Shown here in pieces: positions 1-11,744 of a DNA stretch of 64,000 nucleotides. The position numbers and the translations under genes were made by a program. Under the pieces are notes generated by a model that saw only the letters and a program-made list of their open reading frames with translations, was not told the origin of the DNA and made no database searches. Source of the DNA: Octopus vulgaris (taxonomy: Eukaryota). Numbering within the stretch: position 1 is the first letter of the stretch; each line of letters starts with the position of its first letter. The stretch lies in NCBI GenBank assembly GCA_951406725.2, contig OX597842.1:22072001-22136000 (forward strand), given 5' to 3'.

Positions 1-260
1 CCCACCGATGTCAATTTTACCTTTCATTGATTTGGGATGAATAAAATAAAGACCCAGTCAAAACAAGAGGTCGGTGGTAGTTACTAACTCCCCCAAACCA
101 CCATCAGTAGGCCTTTTAATAAAAACTTTGCTCCTAGAAGATAACTGAAGAGATAATTATATCAAGGAGAATAACTTGTACGAGCGACTGACCAAACTCT
201 ACTTTACCACCTTCAGAAAGGAACAACCTATCTGCGCAAAGCATCTAAAGCATTTTGCAG

Positions 261-668
261 GGCGGCGAGCTGGCAGGATCGTTAGCACGCCGGACGAAAT
301 GCTAACCGCTATTTCGACCGTCGCGACGTTCGTAATGAATGCGGGAGATTAGAAGTAAGACACGTACCTTCTCTTCGTTGACCCATATCTGTCAGATGGT
401 AATGTACCCTTCCACGTGGCCCGTCCCGAAACGCTAAAAATAGCAGCTGCTATCCCTCACCTGGTCGAAGCACTGACACGTCCTGCACTCACAACTTCCC
501 CGATCGAAAAAGGCGCAATCGCCCCTACCCTATGCGCGCCCTTCCTCTTCCGGTCAGCTTCCTAGCCGCTGACGTCATCCCACAGTTCCCAGTTCAAATT
601 CCACCATGGTCGATTGTGCCTTTTATCGTTTCGGGGTCGATAAAATAAGTACCAGTTGACTAAACCCC
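261..668 (+). mobile_element. tRNA-derived SINE (GGCGGCGAGCTGGCAG family) split by a 253-bp insert; paralogs at 37227-37640 and 56563-56950
   Basis: Box A-like head and box B GTTCAAATTCC separated by insert 332-584. Unsplit relatives lie at 29191-29380 and 28385-28603. Confidence 0.75.
332..584. mobile_element. Candidate solo LTR (copies at 37300-37552 and 56636-56865)
   Basis: GC-rich insert flanked by a 4-bp GTTC duplication, with termini (T)GTA...CCACA. Confidence 0.45.
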
Positions 669-1223
669 ATCCTCAACAAGAAGGATATTTTTAGTAAGAG
701 GGATGGTTTAGTGTGAGAAAATGTTAGTAATTGTACATGGTTGGCATGGATAGCATGGCTCTAATAAGCATAATCCTTCAGTATGGGAGATTTAAGAAAG
801 TAAATAGAAATTAAAGGGGAAATAAGTAGGTTTCCATTCCTTACACCGAATCAATATTGGAGTAACTTTTGAATTTCACTAAATTAGCCAAATTATTAAA
901 CAAGATTCTTCAGTGTTTGGCAACGGCGTTGACTAATTATGAATTAACTTGCACTTCACAGAGTACTTGCTGGTGTACAAGACGCATCCTTACTTTACCA
1001 GAATATTTAGGGCAGAAACCAGATTAATACGTTTCGTCATTCAGCCATTGGAAAACGTTTTAAAGTAGTTTTGTAGAGAAAATGTGGCTGCATTTCGCTT
1101 TGACCCTTTAACATTTAACATTGTTCAATGTGATGAAGATGACAGGAATTGAACTCACGATTGAGCCATGCGCCTTCAAATATATATGAGAAGTAACATA
1201 ATAACTTCATATATATATATATA

Positions 1224-2388
1224 TCATCATCATCATCATCGTTTAACGTCCGCTTTCCATGCTAGCATGGGTTGGACGGTTCAACTGGGGTCTGGGGAGC
1301 CCGAAGGCTGCACCAGGCCAGTCAGATCTGGCAGTGTTTCTACAGCTGGATGCCCTTCCTAACGCCAACCACTCCGAGAGTATAGTGGGTGATTTTATGT
1401 GCCACCGACACAGATGCCAGACGAGGCTGGCAGACGGCCACGCTCGGATGGTGTTTTATGTGCCACCGACACAGGTGCCAGACGAGGCTGGCAGACGGCC
1501 ACGCTCGGATGGTGTTTTTTATGTGCCACCGACACAGGTGCCAGATGAGGCTGGCAGACGGCCACGCTCGGGTTGTGTTTTCAGTGTTTTCTTATGTGCC
1601 ACCGGCACTGGTGCCTCAAGGATACAAATTCCATTGATGTTCATCTATTTTGATTTGGTTTGATTTGATTTGATTTGATTTTCACTTGCCTCAACAGGTC
1701 TTCACAAGTGTCACAAGCAGGAAGGTATGCACAGGTGGACTGACTACGTCCCAGGTAGGGGCCACGGGTTATGGCTTCCCTAGTCTTGCCGGTTCTTCTC
1801 ATGCACAGCATACTTCCATAGGTCTCGGTCTCTAGTCATTTCCATGGTGAGACCTAACGTTCGAAGGTCGTTTTTCACCACCTCATCCCAGGTGTTCCTG
1901 GGTCTACCTCTTCCACGGGTTTCCTCAACTGCTAGGGATTGGCACTTTCTCACACACCTATCTTCATCCATTCTCACCACATGACCATACCAGCACAATC
2001 GTCTCTCTTGCACACCACAACTGATGCTTCTTAGGTACAACATTTCTCTCAAGGAACTAACGCTCTGTCGAGTAAGTACACTGACATTACACATCCATCG
2101 GAGCATACTGGCTTCATTCCTCATGAGCTTACGCATGTCCTCAGCAGTCACGGCCCATGTTTCACTGCCATGTAGCATGGCAGTTCGTTCACATGCATCA
2201 TACAATCTGCCTTTTACTCTGAGCGAGAGGCCTTTAGTCACCAGCAGAGGTAAGAGCTCCCTAAACTTTGCCCAGGCTATTCTTATTCTAGCAGTTACAC
2301 TCTCACTACTGACTTGGTCACCTAGATAACGGAAGCTATTAACTACTTCTAATTTTTCCCCCTGGAAGGTGACGGAAGTTGTTTTCTG
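1224..2388 (-). mobile_element. 5'-truncated RTE LINE, same subfamily as 17508-21265
   Basis: C-terminal ORF (SETW...RLxWYGHV...RGRGRP), ~60-bp 3' UTR repeats and a (GAT)n tail at 1224-1240. Confidence 0.92.
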
Positions 2389-2462
2389 GGACGTAGTCAG
2401 TCCACCTGTGCATACCTTCCTGCTTGTGACACTTGTGAAGACCCTATATATATATATATATC

Positions 2463-2863
2463 CTACAAGAATCGCCAAGTGTTGCTCGCATTTGTTTTCT
2501 TTTTGACCCTTTAGAATTGGAATTTTTGAAAAGTAAAAATTTTGCCTCATGTAGCTTGTTATCCTCTTTAAGTGAACATTTTTCTGGTTGAAATACACCA
2601 AAAAACGGTGACACAGCAGTCAAAGAATCGTAAAATTATAGGGATTTTCATAGAAAAAAAAGCACCTTTCTGATCTAAATAATTTTTGTTGTTGACATGG
2701 TGCGATTTGAATTTTTTTCTTCTATGGAAGGAAGAGCAATCCTTCAACAATCATCCTCTCAATTTTGGTCAACTTGCACCGCAGAGTCTTGGAGGAGATA
2801 GTGTTAGTTGAGGGCTACCAAACCAGCCACACACACAGACAACTTCAGCTTTATATATATAGA
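2463..2863 (-). mobile_element. Non-autonomous Helitron (~400 bp) downstream of the ZNF genes; paralogs at 13479-13871, 21266-21662, 37854-38205, 50476-50874 and 57469-57866
   Basis: 5' TCTATATATATAAAGCTGAAG; the best-preserved copies end in a CCCGAGCAACGC(C/T)GGG hairpin plus CTAG. Confidence 0.7.
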
Positions 2864-3499
2864 TATATCGTGCAATGCCACTCCCTGTAAGAAGCATTTG
2901 TGCTAGTTCATGTAAAAAGCACACATGCTGATCCATGTGGTTATTCAACTTACTCCTTCCCCTGAAATTGCTGGCCTTGTGCCAAAATAATGTCAGATAC
3001 AATAATGCCTTGATATATGAGTTAATTTCTTCCTGGAGATTGCTCCTAAAGTGAAAACTCATAAAGCAAAGCAATAATTTCCAATAGAAGCAATGTTATA
3101 AATTGTAATTCATTCCTAGAAAAATGTTTTACCAATAAAATTTATAATACTTGTAAATAAATGACAATAAAACAACAGTAGAATGTAAAGAATATTTTAT
3201 GTAAAGTCAAAGACAATGTCAAGATCATTTAGAATAGATAAAATATTATTATTACTATTGTTTTCTGAATCACTTTGAAAAGACTCAGGGACACCATCAT
3301 TTGTAGACGTGACAACTGATTCACAAGAAACAAGTCTAGAGTTGTTTACTGAGAAGCATTCTTTTGCGTTTTATAAACTTCTTGGTAAGACACAAATGCA
3401 TTTGTTATGGTAGTAGAAACTTTCAAAATTTGGATGTTGTGCTTGAAAAATAAAACTCATAAACAATGTCTGTACCTTGGGAAATGAATCTATTCCTCA

Positions 3500-4011
3500 T
3501 GAAATGTGTTCTCTGTCTGTATGAACATGCTTGTGCTTGGTTAAGTGATCGTTTCGAGAGAAAGATTTACCACATTTCACAATGATATGGCTTTTCTCCT
3601 GCATGAATGTGTTTAAATAAGGCACTCCATGTAGAGAATGATTTACCTCAGATTTCACAGTGATATGGCTCCTGTCTTGTATGAATGCGGATGTGAATAG
3701 TTACGCGACCATTTTGAGAGAAGGATTCACCACAGATTTCACACTTGAATGAATGTATTTGCGAACAGTTAACCTGGGTCCATCAGAGAATGACTTACCA
3801 CAGATACCGCAATGATATGACTTCTCTCCTGTGTGAATACGTATCTGATTAGTTAAGATTCTATTTTCATAAAATAATTTACCACAGATATGACATTGCT
3901 ACAGCTTCTCTCATGTATGAATGCGTCTGTGATTAGTCACGCCTTTATTTTGAAAGAATGATTTACCACAGATTTCGCAGTGATATGGTTTTTTGCCCCT
4001 GTATGAATGTA
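3500..4011 (-). pseudogene. Degenerate zinc-finger tail downstream of the gene A stop
   Basis: Finger-like 84-bp units with indels and stops, ending in the shared HTDREHIS* terminus. Confidence 0.75.
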
Positions 4012-5629
4012 TCAGTGATTAAGCAGCTGACTATTTTGAGAAAATGATTTACCAGAGATATCACAATGATATGGTTTTTCTCCTGTATGAACACGCCTGT
4101 GCTTGGTTAAGGTATCGTTTCGAGAGAAAGATTTACCACAGATTTCACAGTGATATGGTTTTTCTCCTGTATGAACACGACTGTGCATGGTTAATTGATC
4201 GTTTCGAGAGAAAGATTTGTCACAGATTTCACAGTGATATGGTACTTCCCCTGTATGAACACGCCTGTGCTTGGTTAAGGTATCGTTTCGAGAGAAAGAT
4301 TTACCACAGATTTCACAGTGATATGGTTTTTCTCCTGTATGAACACGACTGTGCATGGTTAATTGATCGTTTCGAGAGAAAGATTTGTCACAGATTTCAC
4401 AGTGATATGGTACTTCCCCTGTATGAACACGCCTGTGCTTGGCTAAGGTATCCTTTCGAGAGAAAGATTTACCACAGACTTCACAGTGATATGGTTTTTC
4501 TCCTGTGTGAATGCATTTATGAATAGTCAAGTGATTGTTTTGAGAGAATGATATACCACAGATATCACAGTGATATGGTTTCTCTTCTGTGTGAACAGTA
4601 CGCTTGTGCATTGTTAAGGTACTAGTTTCAGAGAAAGATTTACCACAGATATCACACTGATATGGCTTTTCACCTGTGTGAATACGTATGTGTCTAGTTA
4701 AGTAACTTTTATCAAAGAATGATTTACCACAAATATCACAGTGACATCGTTTTTTCTCCTGTATGAACACGCTTGTGAATAGTTACTTTACTAATTTCAG
4801 AGTAGGATTTACCACAGATATCACAGTGATATGCCTTTTCTCCTGTATGAATGGATTTGTGCCTAGTTAAGTTAGAACTTTGAGAGAATGACTTATCACA
4901 GATATCACAGCGATATGGCTTCTCACCTGTATGAATGCGTTTGTGGGTAGTTAAATGACCATTTTCAGAGAAAGATTTACCACAGATTTCACAGTGATAT
5001 GGTTTTTCACCTGTATGAGTACGTTCGTGAATGACTAACTTAGCTTTCTGAGAGAACGACTTGCCACAGATATCACAATCAAATGCTGTTTTGCCCTTTT
5101 CGTTCTGTTCCTCATCAGAAAAATCAATTTCTTCAGACTCTCTTTTACATTCAACTTCATTCCTACGTAATTCATTTTCCATAATTTTCATTTCTCTCGT
5201 CACAGTACACAAAGGTTTTCCTTCTTCTCGTATATTACTCTTAACAAATGATTTACCAGAGATATCACAATGATATGGCTTCTCTCCTGTATGAACACAC
5301 CTGTGCTTGGTTAAGTTATCAATTTGAGAGAAACATTTACCACAGATTTCACAGTGATATGGTTTTTCACCTGTGTGAACACCACTCTTGTGCCTAGTTA
5401 AGTTTTCATTTCGAGAGAAAGATTTACCACAGATTTCACAGTGATATGGTTTTTCTCCTGTATGAGTATGTTCGTGAATGACTAACTTAGCTTTCTGAGA
5501 GAACGACTTGCCACAGATATCACAATCAAATGCTGTTTTGCTCTTTTCGTTCTGTTCTTCATCAGAAAAATCAATTTCTTCAGACTCTCTTTTACATTCA
5601 ACTTCACTCCGATATAATTCATTTTCCAT
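4012..5629 (-). CDS. Poly-C2H2 ZNF gene A (~15 fingers, two fused modules), with a +1 frameshift at ~4750
   Basis: ORFs 4736-5659 and 4012-4770 carry CxxC-x12-HxxxH fingers with TGEKPY linkers. First ATG is MENEL at 5629. An extra base lies in the T-run at 4750-4755 relative to paralog D (~40645). Confidence 0.85.
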
Positions 5630-5773
5630 AATTTTCCTTTCTCTCGTCACAGTACACAAAGGTTTTCCTTCTTCTCGTATATTGCTCTTAACAAATATTT
5701 CTACTGATATATCTCCATCAATAGTGATCTTTGTTAATATCTGAAGATGCTGTAAACTGCCTTCTTAATTGCT

Positions 5774-6154
5774 TTAACTCATTAACATTCAGATTACTCT
5801 GTCAAATAGAATGTTTATTGAAATTCTTCTGAATTAATTATTCATTATGTTATCATGTTCAGATTTCAATGTTGTGATTGTTTATTTTTAGAATGACATT
5901 GTAGGGTGGGGGTGAGGGGTGGGATCTGGCTAGTATGAATATAAAACACACAAAAATATGGCCAGTTTAACCGTTTAGCATTGAGATTCCTTTGTGAAAT
6001 GTAATGCTTATTTATTCATATTGTTTTGAATTAATCATGGATTATCTCATAGCTTTGAGACTTCAGTGATTTGATTGTTTATGTTTAAATTGACACTGCA
6101 GGGTGAGTGTGAGAGGTCAGAATATTTGTGCTAGTTTAAATGCTAAATGATTAA
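5774..6154. mobile_element. Two tandem decayed TTAA MITEs in the ZNF 5' leader (two in A/C/E, second truncated in B; one in G/D/F)
   Basis: TTAACCGTTTAGCATT...AATGCTAAATGATTAA terminal inverted repeats. The two halves are homologous. Confidence 0.6.
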
Positions 6155-6929
6155 TTAATATGCAAATATAATTTTCTGTGTATTCCAGACAATAAAGAAC
6201 AGAAATTTTGTTACATATATGTCAGAGTTCAGAAGATATATTTTGCAGTAATTCAGTAAATATTCATAGAAACAGGGTTATACGTGTTTTGTATAACATC
6301 TTTGCTCAGTCTTCAAAAGACTTTCCATTCTAATGACGTTGCTTATGTCAAAATCCTGTGAAGCAGATGTCATCTGATAATCTGAAACGAAAGAGAAACA
6401 ACAGTGTAAAACATACAAGATAATTAGGAATTAGAGAGATTAAAGCAGTGAAAGTTTTACTACATTTTTATATAGACATGGCTATAGAAGTGCAGGAATG
6501 GTTGTGTGGTAAGAAGTTGGCTTCCCAAACACATGGTCCTGGGTTCAGTCCCAGAGTGGCCAATTAAAGATATGTTTGATGGAAACTGAAAGAAGCTTGA
6601 CATGTAACAAATACCAAAATGAATTCTAATCGAAATAAGCAAAACAGAAATTTAAATACGAGGAACCATTTGATAAGTCACCTGATGAGACATGTCTGCA
6701 TCAAAGGATGCCCCACAACTGTTCGTACAGAATCTCACCTGCGAGGCACAGATGCACGATGGGTTGAAACAATCATAGTGAATACTAGTCTTGGAAATTC
6801 TATTTTCTTTCTCTTTCTCTCATGTTTTAAACTCTACTGACATGAAGGAATTCCTCAAATAAATCCAGTGTCATTTATATCCATACTGTAGATGACAATA
6901 GCTAGCCAAATATAGTGAGAAGGCTATCT

Positions 6930-7190
6930 AAAATAATTGATTTATCTGATGATGTAGAGAATGAAGAGGGCAAGACATCATATGATTGTGATACCTGTGG
7001 TAAATTATTCTCTCGGAAAACTAACTTACTCACTCACCGACGTATTCATACAGGAGAGAAGCCATATCATTGTGATACCTGTGGTAGATCATTCTCTGAA
7101 AATCAAGGCTTGTCTAGGCACAGACGCGTCCATACAGGTGAGAAGCCATATCACTGTGATATCTGTGGCAAATCGTTCGCTCAGAAAGGC
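6930..7190 (+). pseudogene. Inverted ZNF coding fragment (acidic leader plus ~2.5 fingers) in the intron of gene A
   Basis: Translates [23 protein letters not shown]...HTGEKPY on +. No ATG. Absent from the paralogous intron site at ~42525 and ~60895. Confidence 0.9.
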
Positions 7191-8224
7191 AATGATATAC
7201 TATAAGGTGTATATATAAATTTAAAATTATTACTTCATCATCATTTAAATTCCATTTTACAAGCTGGCATGGGTTGAATGGTTTGAAAGGAGCTAACCAG
7301 CTGAAGGGCTGTTCAGGCCCCATCTCTATCTTAAAATAATTTCTATTGCTGGATGCCCTTTCTAACACAAATCCTTTACAGAATGTACTGGGTGCTTTTT
7401 ACATGGTATCAGCACCCATGAGCCTGCAGGATTAGGGATGCTCAGCTGGAGGGGGTCGCAAGGGACAAGCTTGTATGCAAGGGCACCCATGCTTTTACTT
7501 AGCTTGATGTGTCTTTTCAAACACAGCAAACTGCCAGGACTCTCGTTTCCTGATCCCCGTCATATAATGTCCACCTTCAATACCAGTATCTGTTGGATGG
7601 TTTGGTAGGAGGTGGTCAGTCAGAAGACTGCCCCACACTTGTGTGTCTGTTTTGGCTCAGCTTCTACAGCTAGATGCTCTTCCTAACACCAACCATACTA
7701 CAGAGTGTATTGAGTACATTTTAAGTGGCAAGATCACAGGCAAGGTCAGTTTTGGCACAGCTTTTTACATTTAATGTCCATTTACCATGCTTCGCTGGGT
7801 TGGTTGGTTTGACCTGTGCTGGCAAACAGGGGTGCTGCACCCAGTTCCTGCCTGATTTCGATTGCTTTCTAAAGCTGGACACTCTTCTTAACGCCAACCA
7901 CTTTAGAGACTGTATCGAGAACTTCTCACATGGTCCTTAAATGGGAGCTTTTTATGCAGAGCAGTATAGATGCCGTTTACATAGATCACCATGATATATA
8001 TATATAAATATATACATACATATAATAATTATTTGAGGGAATATAAATCCAAACTCAAGACGAAAAAAATTCAATTTAGAAATACTGAATCAAATTTCAC
8101 AATATAATATATAATGGCGGTGCCCCAGCGTGGCCACAGCTCATAAGCTGAAACTAGAATCAATCAATCAATCATATATATAATAAATTTCAAGAAAATA
8201 ACACCTATACATATATATATATAT

Positions 8225-8505
8225 ATTAGAAAAAAAACTACCTTTTATCAATTCAAAAGGAACAATTAAATTACACCATCTAGAAAATTACATATAATAG
8301 AATTATTAAAATTAAAATAACAATAAAATATCCATCATTAAGTAAATTGCAAAAAAAATAAAAACTTATATAATTGGTAGAATAACGACACGTCATTGAT
8401 ATTTTATTGTTATTTTAATTTAAATATTTCTATTATATGTAATTTTCTAGATGGTGTAATTTAATTGTTCATTTTGAATTGATAAAAACTGGTGTTTTTT
8501 CTAAT
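8225..8505. repeat. AT-rich foldback with ~108-bp arms and ~65-bp spacer; paralogs at ~43473-43751 and 61825-gap
   Basis: 8225-8332 is the reverse complement of 8398-8505. Confidence 0.85.
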
Positions 8506-9510
8506 ATATATATATATATATATACACATATGTATATACGTATATATATATATAATATAAAATCTGTTCTGTCTGTGTGTCTTCTCGGATCTCGGGCATC
8601 CTCAATCTGATTGCAGCCAAATTTGATATGTAGATGCCGATGGTATCAGGACGTGTATAAGTCTTGAAAATATTACAAAAATCGATTCCAGGTGAGAATA
8701 CGATCGATAAAGCCATGGGAACGTGCTTTTGTATGCGCAAGTACATCAGCTGTTGTGATCGATACTACACGTACGCAAGAAAAATGCACATGCAGTTTGT
8801 GCCGGCTGGCATGAAATAATGCCACAAAATGCAGTATATCTAAGAGACCAAAAAAGTAAGATGCAACAGAGATATTTTCTTCAAACTTGGCATGAAGGAA
8901 GGAAAGACTATTTCGTTTCTCAAGAAGTTTTTTTTTCTTTGCCTTAACTTTGTTTAACAAAACCAAAAGTTTTATTGAAATATAGGCATGCTTAATTATT
9001 TTTTAATGAAAAGAACTGTTTAAACCATGTTTGTGTTCTCCCAGTCAACAGCCTTATAATTACTGGTACTTTAAACTCTTCGGTTGCATATTTTTGTGAA
9101 TAAAATCGTTTTTCTTTGGAATAGAAAATAAGTCTATCTTTATTTCTTCTTTTGCTGGTGTCCCTAATTTAGGTTAAATCAGTGTTTCTCAAAGGGGAGG
9201 CCTATGGAGCGGTCGGAGAAGTTGCCTTGAGAAAATTTGGTTTAAATGTTTGACAACTCATCACCGTCCTTGGACGGGGAGGAGGGGCATTTTGCAACTG
9301 TGTGTGTGTATGTATATATAATTATAATTCTGCTTCTTATTATTACTATCTTTTACTTATTTCTGTCATTAGACTGCCATCATGCTGGGGCATCGCCTTG
9401 AAGAATCTGTAGTGAGACTGGATCGACCCCAGAACTTATTTGTTTTTTATGCCTGGAACTCATTTCATCAGTCTAATATAAAAACAAAATGAAATTATTA
9501 CTTTACTCAC

Positions 9511-9625
9511 CATTTAATATCACTCCTTATCCTCCGTAGAGTCTTTCCCCCCAGCAGTTTTGATACAAAAGTAGAAATTCATCGAGAAAAGTCGATAATT
9601 TTAGACGAGATCAAAGAATATCTGA
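9511..9625 (-). other. Putative short non-coding upstream exon of gene A (intron 6382-9510)
   Basis: Minus-strand donor AAATG|GTGAGT at 9510. Conserved acceptor TTTCTCTTTCGTTTCAG| at 6382. The block recurs upstream of C, G, D and E. Confidence 0.6.
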
Positions 9626-9944
9626 CCCTAAAAAGAACCGTTACAAAAATTGCGTAAACGGGGAATATATAAAACATGTAATGGTTTGCTTGAAATACCG
9701 AAACGAATTCGTAGCATTGTACCAAATTTAACAGCAACTATTTACACCATGCAGTATTTCTTGTGGTTTTTTATGTTCTGATCTCAAATCCCGCCGATGT
9801 CAATTTTACCTTTCATTGCTTCGGAATCAAAATAAAAATCCATCAAAAAGAGAGGTTGATACTAATCTCCCCCACACCCCCAATATTAAGTGTATTAATA
9901 AGAACTTTGCTTCTAGCAGGTAACTGAGGTAACAATTATATCCT

Positions 9945-10327
9945 TTTCTACTCTAGGCACAAGGCAAGATATTTTGGGTGAGAGGGGCAGTCGATTAGAT
10001 CGACCACAGTACGCAACTGGTACTTAATTTATCGACCCCGAAAGGATGAAAGGCAAAGTCTAGCTCGGTGGAATTTGAACTCAGAACGTTAAGACAGACG
10101 AAATACCTATTTCTTTATTGCCCAGAATGGGCTAAACACAGAGGGAACAAACAAGGACAGACAAACGGATTAAGTCGATTATATCGAAGCAGTGGTTATT
10201 TACTCGATCCCGCAAAGATAAAAGGCAAAATGGAACTGGGCGGAATTTGAACTCAGAACATAAAAAACAGACGAAATACGGCCAGGAATTTCGCCCGGCG
10301 TGCTAACGTTTCTGCCAGCTCGCCGCC
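9945..10327 (-). mobile_element. tRNA-derived SINE, partly duplicated; paralog at 45235-45445
   Basis: Reverse complement of GGCGGCGAGCTGGCAGAAACGTTAGC...GAGTTCAAATTCC. Confidence 0.8.
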
Positions 10328-11520
10328 TTAAGAAACAATTATATCAAAAGCAACTTCCAAAAATGACTGACCAATTAGTAATATGTCACCTATAGAAAAT
10401 GCGAACATTTGCTGTGCTTGCTAAAAAGACCCATGTGCGTGTGAGCGCACCGGGACCACTGTTCGCTAGTAGTACCTATAAAAAGTGCGTAGAAAACGAA
10501 AATGAAAAGAATACAGCTCCATATAATATTCAGAGGAAGATTGTTACCAAAAAAATGCCAGCATTGATTACAGGAAGGGATTAGATCTGAGAGAAATTTG
10601 TGTTGGTATTAATTCATTGAAAGACGATAAGGAAAATTAGTGAGTAAAGGGAGATAAGCAAGGGCATGAGCCTAATTACGGGAAAAAGAAGCATTCGATC
10701 TTTAGATGGCTTCATAGGCTTATAACGGTGGTGGATCTCCGTCGTTTCACAACGAGGAGTCAATCTTTTGGTCAACTGATTTACTTGCACTTCATTGAGT
10801 ATTTGCTGGTGTACAAGATGCATCCTTACTTTAGCAGAATATTTAGGACAGAAACCAGATTAATACGTTTCGTCATTCAGCCATTGGAAAACGTTTTAAA
10901 GTAGTTTTGTAGAGAAAACTTACAAGGAAAAAAATTCAATTTAGAATTACTAAATCAAATTTCACACAATATAATAAATATACAGAAAAAAACACCACCT
11001 TTTATTAATTCAAAATGAACAATTAAATTACACCATCTAGAAAATTACATATAATAGAAATATTAAAATTAAAATAACAATAAAAAGTCAAAAAAGTAAT
11101 AATAAAAACGTATATAATTAGTATATATATTTACGTACATATATATACGTATATGTGGGTGTATACGTTTTGTTTTAATTATATCTTTACATACGCACAT
11201 ACACACATAAAAAACTGATTCACCGTTGCTTACGACAATTACAATCATCCAAATTTAGAGAATGTGTTGAGATCTTCTCACAGGGTACATGTATGGGTGT
11301 CTTTTATGCAAAGCAGTATAGATGCCCTTTACATAGATCACCATGATATATATATATACATACATATAATAATTATTTGAGGGAATATAAATCCAAACTC
11401 ACAAGGAAAAAAATTCAATTTAGGAATACTAAATCAAATTTCACAATATAATATATATATATCTAAAAAATTAGAAAAAAAACACATTTTTATCAATTCA
11501 AAATGAACAATTAAATTACA

Positions 11521-11692
11521 TTGCTTGACAACCGATGCTGGTGTGTTTATGTCCCCATCACCTAGCGGTTCGGAAATAGCGACCGATAGAATAAGTACTG
11601 GGCTTACAAAGAATAAGTCCCGGGGTCGAGTTGCTCGATTAAAGGCGGTGCTCCAGCATGGCCGCAGTCAAATGACCGAAACAAGTAAAAGA
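11521..11692 (+). mobile_element. 3' half of the same SINE family, inverted relative to 11745-11912
   Basis: TTGCTTGACAACCGATGCTGG...GAAACAAGTAAAAGA. Confidence 0.8.
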
Positions 11693-11744
11693 TTACTTAG
11701 TTTAAAAATTTATTTACTTTGCGTTTTTTTCTCTTTTTCTTTTT

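Noticed and set aside
2769-3074. Recurrent 101-aa ORF (MLCFMSFHFRSN...) in six units
   Set aside because: Non-ATG start, spans 3' flank and Helitron sequence, and its recurrence is explained by segmental duplication.
9511-9513. Splice-created uORF ATG|ATT ATC AGA TGA in A, C and D
   Set aside because: Depends on an unverified splice, is absent in G and E, and the leader has many other upstream ATGs.
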